From a virus (Duplodnaviria; Caudoviricetes): a stretch of 39,681 nt of DNA. Shown piece by piece: positions 7,103 to 15,445 of this stretch (positions are counted from its first letter, which is position 1; every line of letters begins with the position of its first letter). The stretch lies in the IMG/VR virus record IMGVR_UViG_3300035002_000031, positions 1 through 39,681 of that record; one strand, given 5' to 3'. The translations under genes and the position numbers were made by a program. Under the pieces are notes generated by a model. It had not been told where the DNA came from. It ran no database searches and saw only the letters and a list, made by a program, of their open reading frames with translations.

Positions 7103-8562
7103 GTCTTTGGCCTCCCGAGATAGGCAGCTCCGAGCGACCCGGCGAGCCCGAACAGCCCCTTGGTGAAGCTGCCGCTATTGGCGGCTTGGGCATTGTAGGC
7201 GTCAACCTGTGACGCATAATTTTGCCCGATGATGCTCGCGATATCGGTCCCAGCCATCGCCACCGGCTCCACACCCGAGAAGCTGGGCTGTGTGATCTGC
7301 GACGCGGACCGAAGCGCGTTGAACTCGTTGAGCGGGAGCCCGCGGAGATAGGCCTGCTCCTGCATCGACTGCTGCCGCGCGGTGTTCGACAGGTTCGCGT
7401 CGGAGAGGAGCTGGGCATAGCGCTGCTGCTGCGCACGGTTGCCGAAGTCGGCGGTGGCGCCGGCCTGGCTGAACTCCTGCGCCTGCGCCTCGTTCGAGAA
7501 GCCGGCGCGCGCGAGTTCCTGCGCGAACCGCTGCGCCTGCGAATCCCGGTCGAACCCGGCTTCGGTCGCCATCTGCCCGAAGCGCTGGCCCTGCGCTTCG
7601 TTGCCGAAGCGGGCGCGATCGGATGCCTGCGCATACTCCTGCGCCTGCGCGCTGTTGGCGAAGCCGCCGGCGCCGAGCGCCTGCGCATAGCGCTGCGCCT
7701 GCGCGTTGTTGGCGAACGTCCCGGCCGTCGTGCGCTCGCCGACATCCTGCTGCCGTGCAGTCAGCCCGAGGCCGAACAGGCGCGACTGTTCCTGACCGCC
7801 CGCCAACGTCGCTTGGGTGCGCGCATCGACGCGGGAGCGGTTCAACGCGTCCATTTCGCGGTTCCACGCCTCGGAGCCCGCGGTAACGCCCTGGTTCGCC
7901 AGCTGCGTGCGCAGGTCGCTTTCCTGCCGGCTGAACCCGTCGTTCTGGCGCGCCATGAGCGCCTCTTCGACGCGCAAGCGGTCAGCGGAGAAGTCATCGA
8001 CGCCGGGCAGGCGCGGCGCCCCCGAAAAGTCGAGACCGGCTTGAACGTCGCCATAGCCGCCGATCGAGCGCTGCACGCCGCCCACCGGGCCGATCTGACC
8101 GTTGATGCTGCCGGCATCGCCGATGCTCGACCGCACCGGCCCAGCGTCGCCGAAGGTGAAGAGTGGCCGCGACCCCGAGCCGAAGCTCGTCGCGATGGCG
8201 CCCGCATCCCCGGCGGCGCCGCGCAAAGCAGGCGCACCTGACATGTCAAACGGCTGGTCCATGGTCGCGCCGATGCGGTCCATGTAGCCGCCAGCGATCG
8301 AGTTGATCTGCCGGTCTTGCTGGTTCTGGCTGTCCAGAAGCTCCTGTTGGGCAGGGCTCAGCTTCTGGGTCTGGGAATAGCGAGGCGTGCCGTCGGCGTT
8401 GTAGCCCTCGATGTCGTATTCGATCGAGCCGTAGGGCGTGTACTGATTGATCCGCGACAGGTTGGCGTTCGCGATCGCCGTCGCAAGATTCTGCTGTGTC
8501 TGCGCGCCCGCGGTGACGTAGGGATCAGGCGGCGGCGGCGGTGCGGGTGTCTTCTTGCCCAA
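7099..8562 (-). CDS. DNA pilot/ejection protein with internal repeats
   Basis: N-terminal KKTPAPPPPPDPY; Gln/Ala-rich 18-residue repeats; hydrophobic C-terminus GLFGLAGSLGAAYL. Confidence 0.7.
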   Translation of the reverse strand: MGKKTPAPPPPPDPYVTAGAQTQQNLATAIANANLSRINQYTPYGSIEYDIEGYNADGTPRYSQTQKLSPAQQELLDSQNQQDRQINSIAGGYMDRIGATMDQPFDMSGAPALRGAAGDAGAIATSFGSGSRPLFTFGDAGPVRSSIGDAGSINGQIGPVGGVQRSIGGYGDVQAGLDFSGAPRLPGVDDFSADRLRVEEALMARQNDGFSRQESDLRTQLANQGVTAGSEAWNREMDALNRSRVDARTQATLAGGQEQSRLFGLGLTARQQDVGERTTAGTFANNAQAQRYAQALGAGGFANSAQAQEYAQASDRARFGNEAQGQRFGQMATEAGFDRDSQAQRFAQELARAGFSNEAQAQEFSQAGATADFGNRAQQQRYAQLLSDANLSNTARQQSMQEQAYLRGLPLNEFNALRSASQITQPSFSGVEPVAMAGTDIASIIGQNYASQVDAYNAQAANSGSFTKGLFGLAGSLGAAYLGRPKT

Positions 8563-8986
8563 AGCGGTCTGTCCTTAGCCAGCGGCACTCCCGTTTCAGG
8601 AGGCCGTACACGAGGAGGTCCTCGTCTTCGGACCATCCCTCGCGCAGCCTGCCTTCCAGTTGGAAGCCGAGCCCCTCGACCAATCGCCTCGACGGCGCAT
8701 TGCCGTCCCGGATGAGGCTTACGACGCGCCGGACGCCAAGCTGGACGAACGGATACGCGAAGAAGGTGTGGAGGAAGCGTCGGTTAAGCCAGGGTTGGCC
8801 CGCAGCTGCAGCGACGGTCATTTCGACGCTGTCTGTGACGACATACTGACTATAGACCACTCCCGCGACGATGTCATCGCCGGAAGCGACGCCGATCGCG
8901 ACGACCGGGCCGTCGAGGGGAGCGGCCTCGAGGCGCGACCGCACCCACGCCGCTACCAGCGCGTCATGGCCGAACACCAACCTCAC
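8525..8986 (-). CDS. GNAT-fold virion assembly protein (P22 gp14-like position)
   Basis: FFAYPFVQLGVRRV...NAPSRRLVEGLGFQLEGRLR is a RimJ/L-type GNAT signature. GTG8986 overlaps the upstream stop. Confidence 0.8.
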   Translation of the reverse strand: MRLVFGHDALVAAWVRSRLEAAPLDGPVVAIGVASGDDIVAGVVYSQYVVTDSVEMTVAAAAGQPWLNRRFLHTFFAYPFVQLGVRRVVSLIRDGNAPSRRLVEGLGFQLEGRLREGWSEDEDLLVYGLLKRECRWLRTDRFGQEDTRTAAAA

Positions 8987-10536
8987 AGCGCGCCGCCCGG
9001 CTCGAACATGTAGTCGATGGCGAACAGCTTCAGGGTGACGGCGTCGGTGGCCGCGGCGATGCTCACCGTGCCGGCGAACCCGACCCCCGCGACCGACTGC
9101 CATTGCGTCTGGACGCGCTCGGCGGCCGCCCATGACGACAGGTCCCATGGCGAGGTGTCCCATGGGCTGCCCGGCGACCCGGCGAACGAAGGCGCACCGG
9201 TCGGCAGCGTGTCCATGAAGTCGAGGCACATCGAAAGGGTGGCGTTGATCGTGCCGTCCGACCCGATCATCGGCCGCACCATCTTGAACAGCTTTTGCGC
9301 GCGCGAGCCGAAATAGTTGAAAGCCGGCTTGCAGGTGCCATTGATCTGCGCGCCGTCATCCGAGGTGCCGGTGTCGGCCTGCACCACGACGCCATCGCCG
9401 CCGAAATAGAGCTTGTCAGCGAGAATGCCGAGGCACGCGGCATTCCAGCCGGTGAAGAGGCACCATGCGGGCTTCTCTGTCGACATCACATATTGCTGCG
9501 AGACGCCCATCTGCGTCGTCGGCACGTTGATGATTAGCTTGCTTCCGGCCTCGTAGACGAGGCCCTGCCAGCCGAAGTTGCTGCCGTAGGCGGCCACGTC
9601 GTCGGCCACGAGGCGCTGGATCTTGTAGGAGAGCGCCTGAGCCTCGTCGCGCTCTTTGATGAGCCGCGACAGCTGCACGAAGCCGTCCTCGCAAATGAAC
9701 ACGACGTCGCCGGCGTAGCGGAACCATGGGCGGTCGCCGATCGGGCGCCCCATGCGGAAGATGCCAAGCAGGCTGAAGGTGGCGGCCGACGAGGGGTCGG
9801 TCCCGCTATAGATGGCGAGCTCGCCGTTCGACGAGAGGAAGCCGATATAGTCGGCGAGCGTGGTGTTGCTGACCAGCGCCGCGGTGACGATCGACACCAA
9901 CTCGCCGCCGCGCGTGAACAGCGCGCCGAGGTCGATCTCAGAGGCGGCGCCGCCGACCGACGCCGCCGGCAGGTACCAGGCGCTCATTGTGCCGCGCTCG
10001 ATTGCCCAGACGCGCGAGCCCCATAGCGCGGGTGCGCGGAGCGTCGTCGTGGTGACGCCGGTGATCGCTGGCGTCGAGGCGCCGTCGATGGCGGTCCAGG
10101 CCGCGCCGTTGTAGAGGCGCGGCTTCTCGGCCGCATCGTCGCAGAAGGCGTAGAGGAACTGCCCGCCGGCGGTGCCGACGTTCACGCCCGACCAGCGTGA
10201 CGACGATAGCCCGCTGACCGCGGCAGCGCCGACCGCCCCGGCAGCGGTGGCGTCGTAGATGCCACCGGCCGAGACGGCGAACAGCTTGTCGCCGCTGCCG
10301 TTCGAATAGGGCAGGAGCGACTCGACCCAGTCCGGCAACCCGCTGGCGTGCGTCTCCGACCCCTTTCGGATCTCGACGTAACTCGGCTGCGGAAAGAAGT
10401 TTTCGAGCACCAGCGCGTCGGTCGGCGGCATGCTGGCGATATTGTCGCGGGCGTTGATGCCGCCCGTCGGCGCCGGGATCGATGCGACCCGCGACACCGC
10501 GCGCTTGGGCGTGCGCGGGCGCCGCAGCGCGATCAT
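8983..10536 (-). CDS. Tail nozzle / head-stabilisation protein (P22 gp10 / T7 gp12-like)
   Basis: 517 aa, beta-rich, APTGGINARD...ENFFP N-terminus; follows the adaptor. Confidence 0.75.
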   Translation of the reverse strand: MIALRRPRTPKRAVSRVASIPAPTGGINARDNIASMPPTDALVLENFFPQPSYVEIRKGSETHASGLPDWVESLLPYSNGSGDKLFAVSAGGIYDATAAGAVGAAAVSGLSSSRWSGVNVGTAGGQFLYAFCDDAAEKPRLYNGAAWTAIDGASTPAITGVTTTTLRAPALWGSRVWAIERGTMSAWYLPAASVGGAASEIDLGALFTRGGELVSIVTAALVSNTTLADYIGFLSSNGELAIYSGTDPSSAATFSLLGIFRMGRPIGDRPWFRYAGDVVFICEDGFVQLSRLIKERDEAQALSYKIQRLVADDVAAYGSNFGWQGLVYEAGSKLIINVPTTQMGVSQQYVMSTEKPAWCLFTGWNAACLGILADKLYFGGDGVVVQADTGTSDDGAQINGTCKPAFNYFGSRAQKLFKMVRPMIGSDGTINATLSMCLDFMDTLPTGAPSFAGSPGSPWDTSPWDLSSWAAAERVQTQWQSVAGVGFAGTVSIAAATDAVTLKLFAIDYMFEPGGAL

Positions 10537-11264
10537 GTGCCGTAGCCCGTGTCGGGGATGTTGGCCGTCGAGATCAGCCGCAACTCGACAGCGCGTTTGT
10601 TGATCGACAGCGAGTGGCCCGAGCCGGCGCGCGACTTGGCGCGCTCAGTTGCCATGTCATAGCTTGCCTTCTCCTCGAGATAGTCGAGGCCCTTGGCGCG
10701 GAGAAAGCGCCACTTCACGCCGAGGACGAAGCAATCCTCGTCAAGCACATAGGTGTCGGTGTCGGCGGCCCAGCGCGTCTGCGCCGCTCCGGCCACCGAT
10801 TGGCACCAGCCCGTCGAGATGTACTCGTAGACGAGCGTCTGGCCAGCGTCGGTCGAGGTCGGCGTCGGGTCGAGATAGAACTGGCCTTCCATCACTCGGA
10901 AACGACGCCGAGGCCCGGTCACTGTGATGCCCGACTTCAGCACCTGCCACTCCTGCGCCGACACCGGACCGAGCAGTTGCCAGCGATTGGCGCGGTCCCA
11001 GTCGGTCTCGACGACGAAGAATTGCAGGTCGGCCGGAATGTCGTAGGCGGCCTGCCCGTCGACGGTCGGGAAGGTGTGCTCCTTCCGCATCTGCGGCCAG
11101 CCACCGTCGCCGGTCGCCGCGGCCGCGAATTCGTTGCCCTCGCGGTTGGCGAGCGCGAGCAGCTGCACGACCTGGGCATCCGTGCTGCCGATCACCTGGA
11201 TCGGTTGCTGGATGCCCAGCTCGCCAGCGGCGTCCTGGATCAGCTCGAGGAGCGTGCGCGGCAC
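10533..11264 (-). CDS. Head-tail adaptor (T7 gp11 / P22 gp4-like)
   Basis: TLLELIQDAAGELG N-terminus; LGVKWRFLRAKGLDY near the C-terminus; synteny. Confidence 0.75.
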   Translation of the reverse strand: MPRTLLELIQDAAGELGIQQPIQVIGSTDAQVVQLLALANREGNEFAAAATGDGGWPQMRKEHTFPTVDGQAAYDIPADLQFFVVETDWDRANRWQLLGPVSAQEWQVLKSGITVTGPRRRFRVMEGQFYLDPTPTSTDAGQTLVYEYISTGWCQSVAGAAQTRWAADTDTYVLDEDCFVLGVKWRFLRAKGLDYLEEKASYDMATERAKSRAGSGHSLSINKRAVELRLISTANIPDTGYGT

Positions 11265-11268
11265 GATC

Positions 11269-11634
11269 TTAGGCCGAAATCACCGCGGCGTAGTTGGTGC
11301 CGTCGATCGAGATGTAAATGCCGGCCTTGGTCGCGGCGAGCGCCTTGGCAGCGTCGCCGGTGCCGTTGGCGATCTTGCCGCCGGTCGGCGGATAGACCGA
11401 CAGCGAGTTCGCGCCGTGGTTCGCGATGACATAGGTGTCGCCGGGCTGCGTGCCGGCGGGCAGTCGCACGCCGGTCGACGCCGCGGTCGTGGTGACGATG
11501 CTGATGTCGTCGGTGATCGCCAGCGCGCCGGCCTGGTCCGAACCGGTCGCGGTGAGACCACTGGTCACGATCCCCATGATGTTGTTGGCGGCGAGCGGGG
11601 CGATGCCCGAGCCGATCAGGTTAAGCTTGCGCAT
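11269..11634 (-). CDS. Putative virion structural protein (121 aa)
   Basis: Small Ala/Thr/Gly-rich beta protein (GVRLP, LSVYPPTGGKI) in the head operon. Confidence 0.6.
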   Translation of the reverse strand: MRKLNLIGSGIAPLAANNIMGIVTSGLTATGSDQAGALAITDDISIVTTTAASTGVRLPAGTQPGDTYVIANHGANSLSVYPPTGGKIANGTGDAAKALAATKAGIYISIDGTNYAAVISA

Positions 11635-12256
11635 CGAGATTCTCCTTTTTCCGCGCCGCCGGCTTCTTCTCGGCGGATGCCTGGTCGAACCGCGCCTCGA
11701 GCGCGGCGAGTCGTTCCTTCAGCTGCTCGTTCTCGGCGGCGAGCGCGGCGGTCGCGGCGCCATCCTTGGCGTCTGCGAGCCATGCCTGCGCCTGCGCGCG
11801 AAGCGAGCGGCCGCCCATGCCGAGGTTGTGCATGGCGGAATCGGGGACACCGGCGAGCTGCTCGACGGTGTGAACATGGACCGCCTTCAGCTCGAGCACC
11901 TGCGAGCGGCTGAGCGGCGGCCATTGCTCGAGCGGCGTGCCTTCGAGCGGCTGGACCTGGCGCGCCTGGAACGCAGCCCACTGGCGCGGAAAGCGCTCCG
12001 GGTCGGGCGGATAGGGGCGCGAGCGGTTCGGGTCGGTGCGAACCGGACGGATGGTCTCGCGCGTCGGATCGCCGGGATAGCGGATGCGGATGTGCGGCAC
12101 GTCCTTGAAGATCGGCCGCCCCGCGGCCTTGCTCTCTGCCATCTGCTGCACCGGCTCGGTGAAGAATTCGGCCATCAGCTTCAGGTCGTCGCCATAGACG
12201 GCGGTGAGGACGTGCGTTCCCGAAGGAATGAGCGCCTGGTGTTCGATCAGATCCAT
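11621..12256 (-). CDS. Phage head-operon hypothetical protein
   Basis: RFPRQWAAF, GTPLEQWP and TVEQLA motifs; C-terminal coiled coil; coupled start. Confidence 0.75.
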   Translation of the reverse strand: MDLIEHQALIPSGTHVLTAVYGDDLKLMAEFFTEPVQQMAESKAAGRPIFKDVPHIRIRYPGDPTRETIRPVRTDPNRSRPYPPDPERFPRQWAAFQARQVQPLEGTPLEQWPPLSRSQVLELKAVHVHTVEQLAGVPDSAMHNLGMGGRSLRAQAQAWLADAKDGAATAALAAENEQLKERLAALEARFDQASAEKKPAARKKENLDAQA

Positions 12257-12615
12257 CACGCGGCCCCCACCCGGACGGTGGCCGACTGCTCGGCAAGGCG
12301 CTCACGCAAGGCGTAGCCCTCGAAGCCCCAGAGTTTCCGGATAGCGTGTTCGCGCGCAAACTTGTGCCCGAGTTCGGCATTGAAGTTCTCGGGCGACGCG
12401 GGCGCACTTTCGCCGGTGACCATGAAGCCATTTTTCATGACGATGATGCAGATCGTGAAAATCTTGAGCGCTTCGTGAAGGGGGCAGCCGTCCAGCGCTT
12501 TATCGGCGGTGAAGCTGTATTCTGCAGCGATCTTGTCCTCGATGCTCTGCAGGGAGACGCGCGGCGCTGTTGCGATGGCGGCGGATGCGGCGTCGGTCAT
12601 CTTCAGGCTGTCCAT
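12256..12615 (-). CDS. Gp49-family protein (N4 Gp49 / Sf6 gp66-like)
   Basis: TICIIVMKNGFMVTGESAPASPENFNAELG...AIRKLWGFEGYAL; AGGAG RBS before ATG12615. The ORF track over-extends it to 13869. Confidence 0.85.
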   Translation of the reverse strand: MDSLKMTDAASAAIATAPRVSLQSIEDKIAAEYSFTADKALDGCPLHEALKIFTICIIVMKNGFMVTGESAPASPENFNAELGHKFAREHAIRKLWGFEGYALRERLAEQSATVRVGAA

Positions 12616-12636
12616 CTCTATCTCCTGTGGACGGTC

Positions 12637-12680
12637 AAAAGAAAAAGATGGCCGGCGCCATGCGGGCAGCGCCGGCCACC
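12637..12680 (-). terminator. Intrinsic terminator after the capsid and decoration genes
   Basis: Minus strand GGTGGCCGGCGC-loop-GCGCCGGCCATC followed by TTTTTCTTTT. Confidence 0.85.
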
Positions 12681-12689
12681 AGCATCGGC

Positions 12690-12968
12690 CTAGACCGACG
12701 CCTTCGAGAACCAGCCGGTGTCGCCGCTGACCATGTCGGTGGCGGGGCTGGTGTAGGATCCACCACTCGCGGCGACGAGGAACGTCGACGTGTTGATGGC
12801 GCAGTCGGTGTCCGACGCGGAGATCGACGCATTCGCCTGCGCGAAGACGTAGAGCTTGCCGTCGGAGCCCCATGCCTGCGTGCCGAGCTTGTGCGGCGGG
12901 GTGGTGCCGGTCGGGTAGACCGCGTCGAGGTCGGCGCCGAGGATCGGCGTGGTTGCGTAGGTGGGCAT
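12690..12968 (-). CDS. Putative capsid decoration/cement protein
   Basis: 92 aa directly after the capsid gene and before the terminator; GGGAG RBS; GSDGKLYVFAQA...GDTGWF. Confidence 0.65.
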   Translation of the reverse strand: MPTYATTPILGADLDAVYPTGTTPPHKLGTQAWGSDGKLYVFAQANASISASDTDCAINTSTFLVAASGGSYTSPATDMVSGDTGWFSKASV

Positions 12969-12989
12969 GTCTGTTCTCCCTGTCCCCGA

Positions 12990-13973
12990 TTAGTCGAAGA
13001 GCACGCCCTGCAGGCGCCGGTTCGAGACGGTCATGTTGCCGGCGAAGCCGACGAGCTTGACCATCGCGTCCTGGTTGACCGCGAAGCGATCGTCGCCGAG
13101 CGGCACGAAGTTGCGCTGCTTGTGCGGGCGGAAGTGCAGGTAGTTCGAGTTGATGAAGTACATGTGGTTCGACGGCGCGGCGCCGCCGTAGCCGCCGTCG
13201 AGAATGACGTCGGAATCCATGAACTTCAGCGACGGGAAGCCCGACTTGGCCGTGCTCTCGCTGGTCACCCGCTGGATGGCGTTGAGGCTCTCCTCGTACA
13301 GCCGCCAATAGTTGTTGTCGGCGACGATGAGGTCCGGGCGATCGGTGCCGCGAACCAGCTGCACATAGACCTGCGTCATGTACGAGTGGATGTTGGCCGG
13401 CGTCGCCGCGGCGCCGCCGTTGGTGGTCGCGTCGAACGCGATGTTGCGCCAGAAGGCGTTGGTCGAGGTCGCCGCGTTGATGCCGCCGACGGTGCCGGTC
13501 GCCGGCGTGTCGTCGATCAGCAGCTGCAGGCCGCCGATCTGCTTGCCGCCATCGGCCGAGCCGTCCGAATAGCAGTCCGAGGCGATGTTGTTCGCCATGG
13601 TGCGTTCGGCGTTCTTGATGCGGCTGGCGAGGAGGTCGATGATCTTCTCCTCGCCGCTGTTCTGCAGCATCTCGAGGCCGGAGATCGAGACGGCGACGGC
13701 CGCCTGCGCCCAGTTGAACTCGGCGGCGGTGAAGACGTCCGAGGGGCTGATGTCGAGCGTCTCGTAGCCCGAATAGCGCTTGAACGTGCTGTTCTCCGCG
13801 TATTCGAGCTCCTGCACGATCGTGCGGCCGCCATCGACGGGCTTCACGTTCCCGCGCTGGCGCAGCCACTTCAGCAGCGCGTTGTTCTCGGTGACGTTGT
13901 CCGCGAGCACGCCGGAGCGATTGCGGAGCGTCGTGGTGACGATCTCGGTGAAGGTGGTGTTGGGCGATGGCAT
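12990..13973 (-). CDS. Major capsid protein
   Basis: 327 aa; TTTLRNRS...LADNV...GGRTI...YSDG...IGGL motifs; follows the scaffold gene. Confidence 0.9.
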   Translation of the reverse strand: MPSPNTTFTEIVTTTLRNRSGVLADNVTENNALLKWLRQRGNVKPVDGGRTIVQELEYAENSTFKRYSGYETLDISPSDVFTAAEFNWAQAAVAVSISGLEMLQNSGEEKIIDLLASRIKNAERTMANNIASDCYSDGSADGGKQIGGLQLLIDDTPATGTVGGINAATSTNAFWRNIAFDATTNGGAAATPANIHSYMTQVYVQLVRGTDRPDLIVADNNYWRLYEESLNAIQRVTSESTAKSGFPSLKFMDSDVILDGGYGGAAPSNHMYFINSNYLHFRPHKQRNFVPLGDDRFAVNQDAMVKLVGFAGNMTVSNRRLQGVLFD

Positions 13974-13997
13974 TTTTCCGATTCCCTAAGCCTGGGG

Positions 13998-15059
13998 TCA
14001 GAGCCGCCCGCTGTGTGCGGCGACCTGAGCCCGGATTTCATCCTCCAGGCTGCGGTTGGGGTTCGGGGCTGCAGGAGACGTTGCGCCTGGTCCGCCGACC
14101 ACCGAGCCGCTGGCCCGTTTCGCGGCCTCGGCTGCGGCGGTTGCCGCAGCGATCCGCTGCTGTTCGGCTTCCCTGTCGCGCTGGCTGAGCAGGGTGGAGC
14201 GGAGATCGGGTCGCGCCCAGATCGCCATGTCGTATGCGGTTTGGAGATCCTGAGCCCGACCACCATTGAGCAGCGCGGCCATATCGGCCTTGACCTGCTC
14301 GAAGTGCTCGTGCCCGGGAGCCTGTGCAAACGCGGCAATATCGGACGCGAGGGCAGCGCCTTCGCGCTGCCGGGCGGCCTGGGCTTCCGTCTCGCGTTCG
14401 CGTTCGAGGCGATCGATGCGCTGCTGGAGCGTCTCGAAGGCCGGATCGACGAACGGCTGCGGTGAAGCGAGCCCCTCGAGCGGGACTTTATACTGTTCCG
14501 CGAGCTGACGGAAGAGGGCGGCTTTCTGCTCCGGCCCGGCGGTGTTGAGGATGTAGGCGGTGTTCAGCAGCGACTGCACCGCGGTGACCGGGTTGCCGCC
14601 CTGCGCCGTGATCAGCGGCATGTAGGGTGTGATCACGTCGCGCATCGACTTGCCGAGGTTGCGCTCCTCGTCGTTGCGCGTGAACTGCTTGTGCGTGTCG
14701 GCTTCGCGGCTCTCGATCCACGCCCGCAACTCGGGGTCGGCGCCGAGGAACTTGTCCTTCAGCGCCGCCGGCACCGCGGCGGGGATCTTCGGTGCCTCGC
14801 CGAGCACGGCCGCCGGGTCCGTGGTGACCGGCGGTGCGTCGACGGGCGGCGTGTCGGTCGCATCCGCTGCCTTCGCCGCGAACTTGCCGTCGGGGCCGCG
14901 CGGCTGGCCGGTGTCGGCGGGCGGCGGCGTGTCGCTCGCGGCCGGCGGTTGGACGGCCGGCGTGTCCGTCGGCGCGTCGGTGGTGTCGCGCATCGCCGCG
15001 GCGATGCTTTCCTCGATGCTCGGCGCCGGCGCGTCGCCAGCCGTCTGAATATCCGTCAT
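13998..15059 (-). CDS. Capsid scaffolding protein
   Basis: Acidic Pro-rich N-terminus with RGPDGKFA; coiled coil; LQTAYDMAIWA; precedes the capsid gene. Confidence 0.8.
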   Translation of the reverse strand: MTDIQTAGDAPAPSIEESIAAAMRDTTDAPTDTPAVQPPAASDTPPPADTGQPRGPDGKFAAKAADATDTPPVDAPPVTTDPAAVLGEAPKIPAAVPAALKDKFLGADPELRAWIESREADTHKQFTRNDEERNLGKSMRDVITPYMPLITAQGGNPVTAVQSLLNTAYILNTAGPEQKAALFRQLAEQYKVPLEGLASPQPFVDPAFETLQQRIDRLERERETEAQAARQREGAALASDIAAFAQAPGHEHFEQVKADMAALLNGGRAQDLQTAYDMAIWARPDLRSTLLSQRDREAEQQRIAAATAAAEAAKRASGSVVGGPGATSPAAPNPNRSLEDEIRAQVAAHSGRL

Positions 15060-15445
15060 GTCCCGCTCCTTCGCGCACCGGTGCGCACTTCATCGATGGC
15101 TTGCTTAACCGCCTGCGCGCGCGCCCGGTCCTGTTGCTTCGTCGTGAGCCAGGAATCCGGCGCCGGCGGCTTGGGCTGGGTCGAATTCCCGACCTCGATC
15201 AGCCCGTTGCGCTTCAGGAATTCGCGGTGTTCCGACCGGCTGGTGATCGTCGGCCGCTTGCCTGTCGCGATGTCGGTCGCGATGGCGCGGTACGGCTCGA
15301 TGTCCGACCGCACCATCGTGGGCTTCACGACGATCGCCTGCGCGCCGCCGCAGTCGCAGGCGGGGAGGTCGTGGCGCTCGGCGATGATGCGGAACACCTC
15401 GCGCGTCGCGCCGCAGTCCTGGCAGGCGATGTCGTAGAGAGGCAT
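15056..15445 (-). CDS. FmdB-like zinc-ribbon protein
   Basis: MPLYDIACQDCG...PACDCGG; ITSRSEHREFLKRNG; TAATG coupling to the portal gene. Confidence 0.8.
   Translation of the reverse strand: MPLYDIACQDCGATREVFRIIAERHDLPACDCGGAQAIVVKPTMVRSDIEPYRAIATDIATGKRPTITSRSEHREFLKRNGLIEVGNSTQPKPPAPDSWLTTKQQDRARAQAVKQAIDEVRTGARRSGT

Noticed and set aside
12616-13869. 537-aa ORF suggesting a capsid-overlapping fusion to the Gp49 gene
   Set aside because: The N-terminal part is Arg-rich off-frame sequence crossing a terminator; the real start is ATG12615 with its own RBS.
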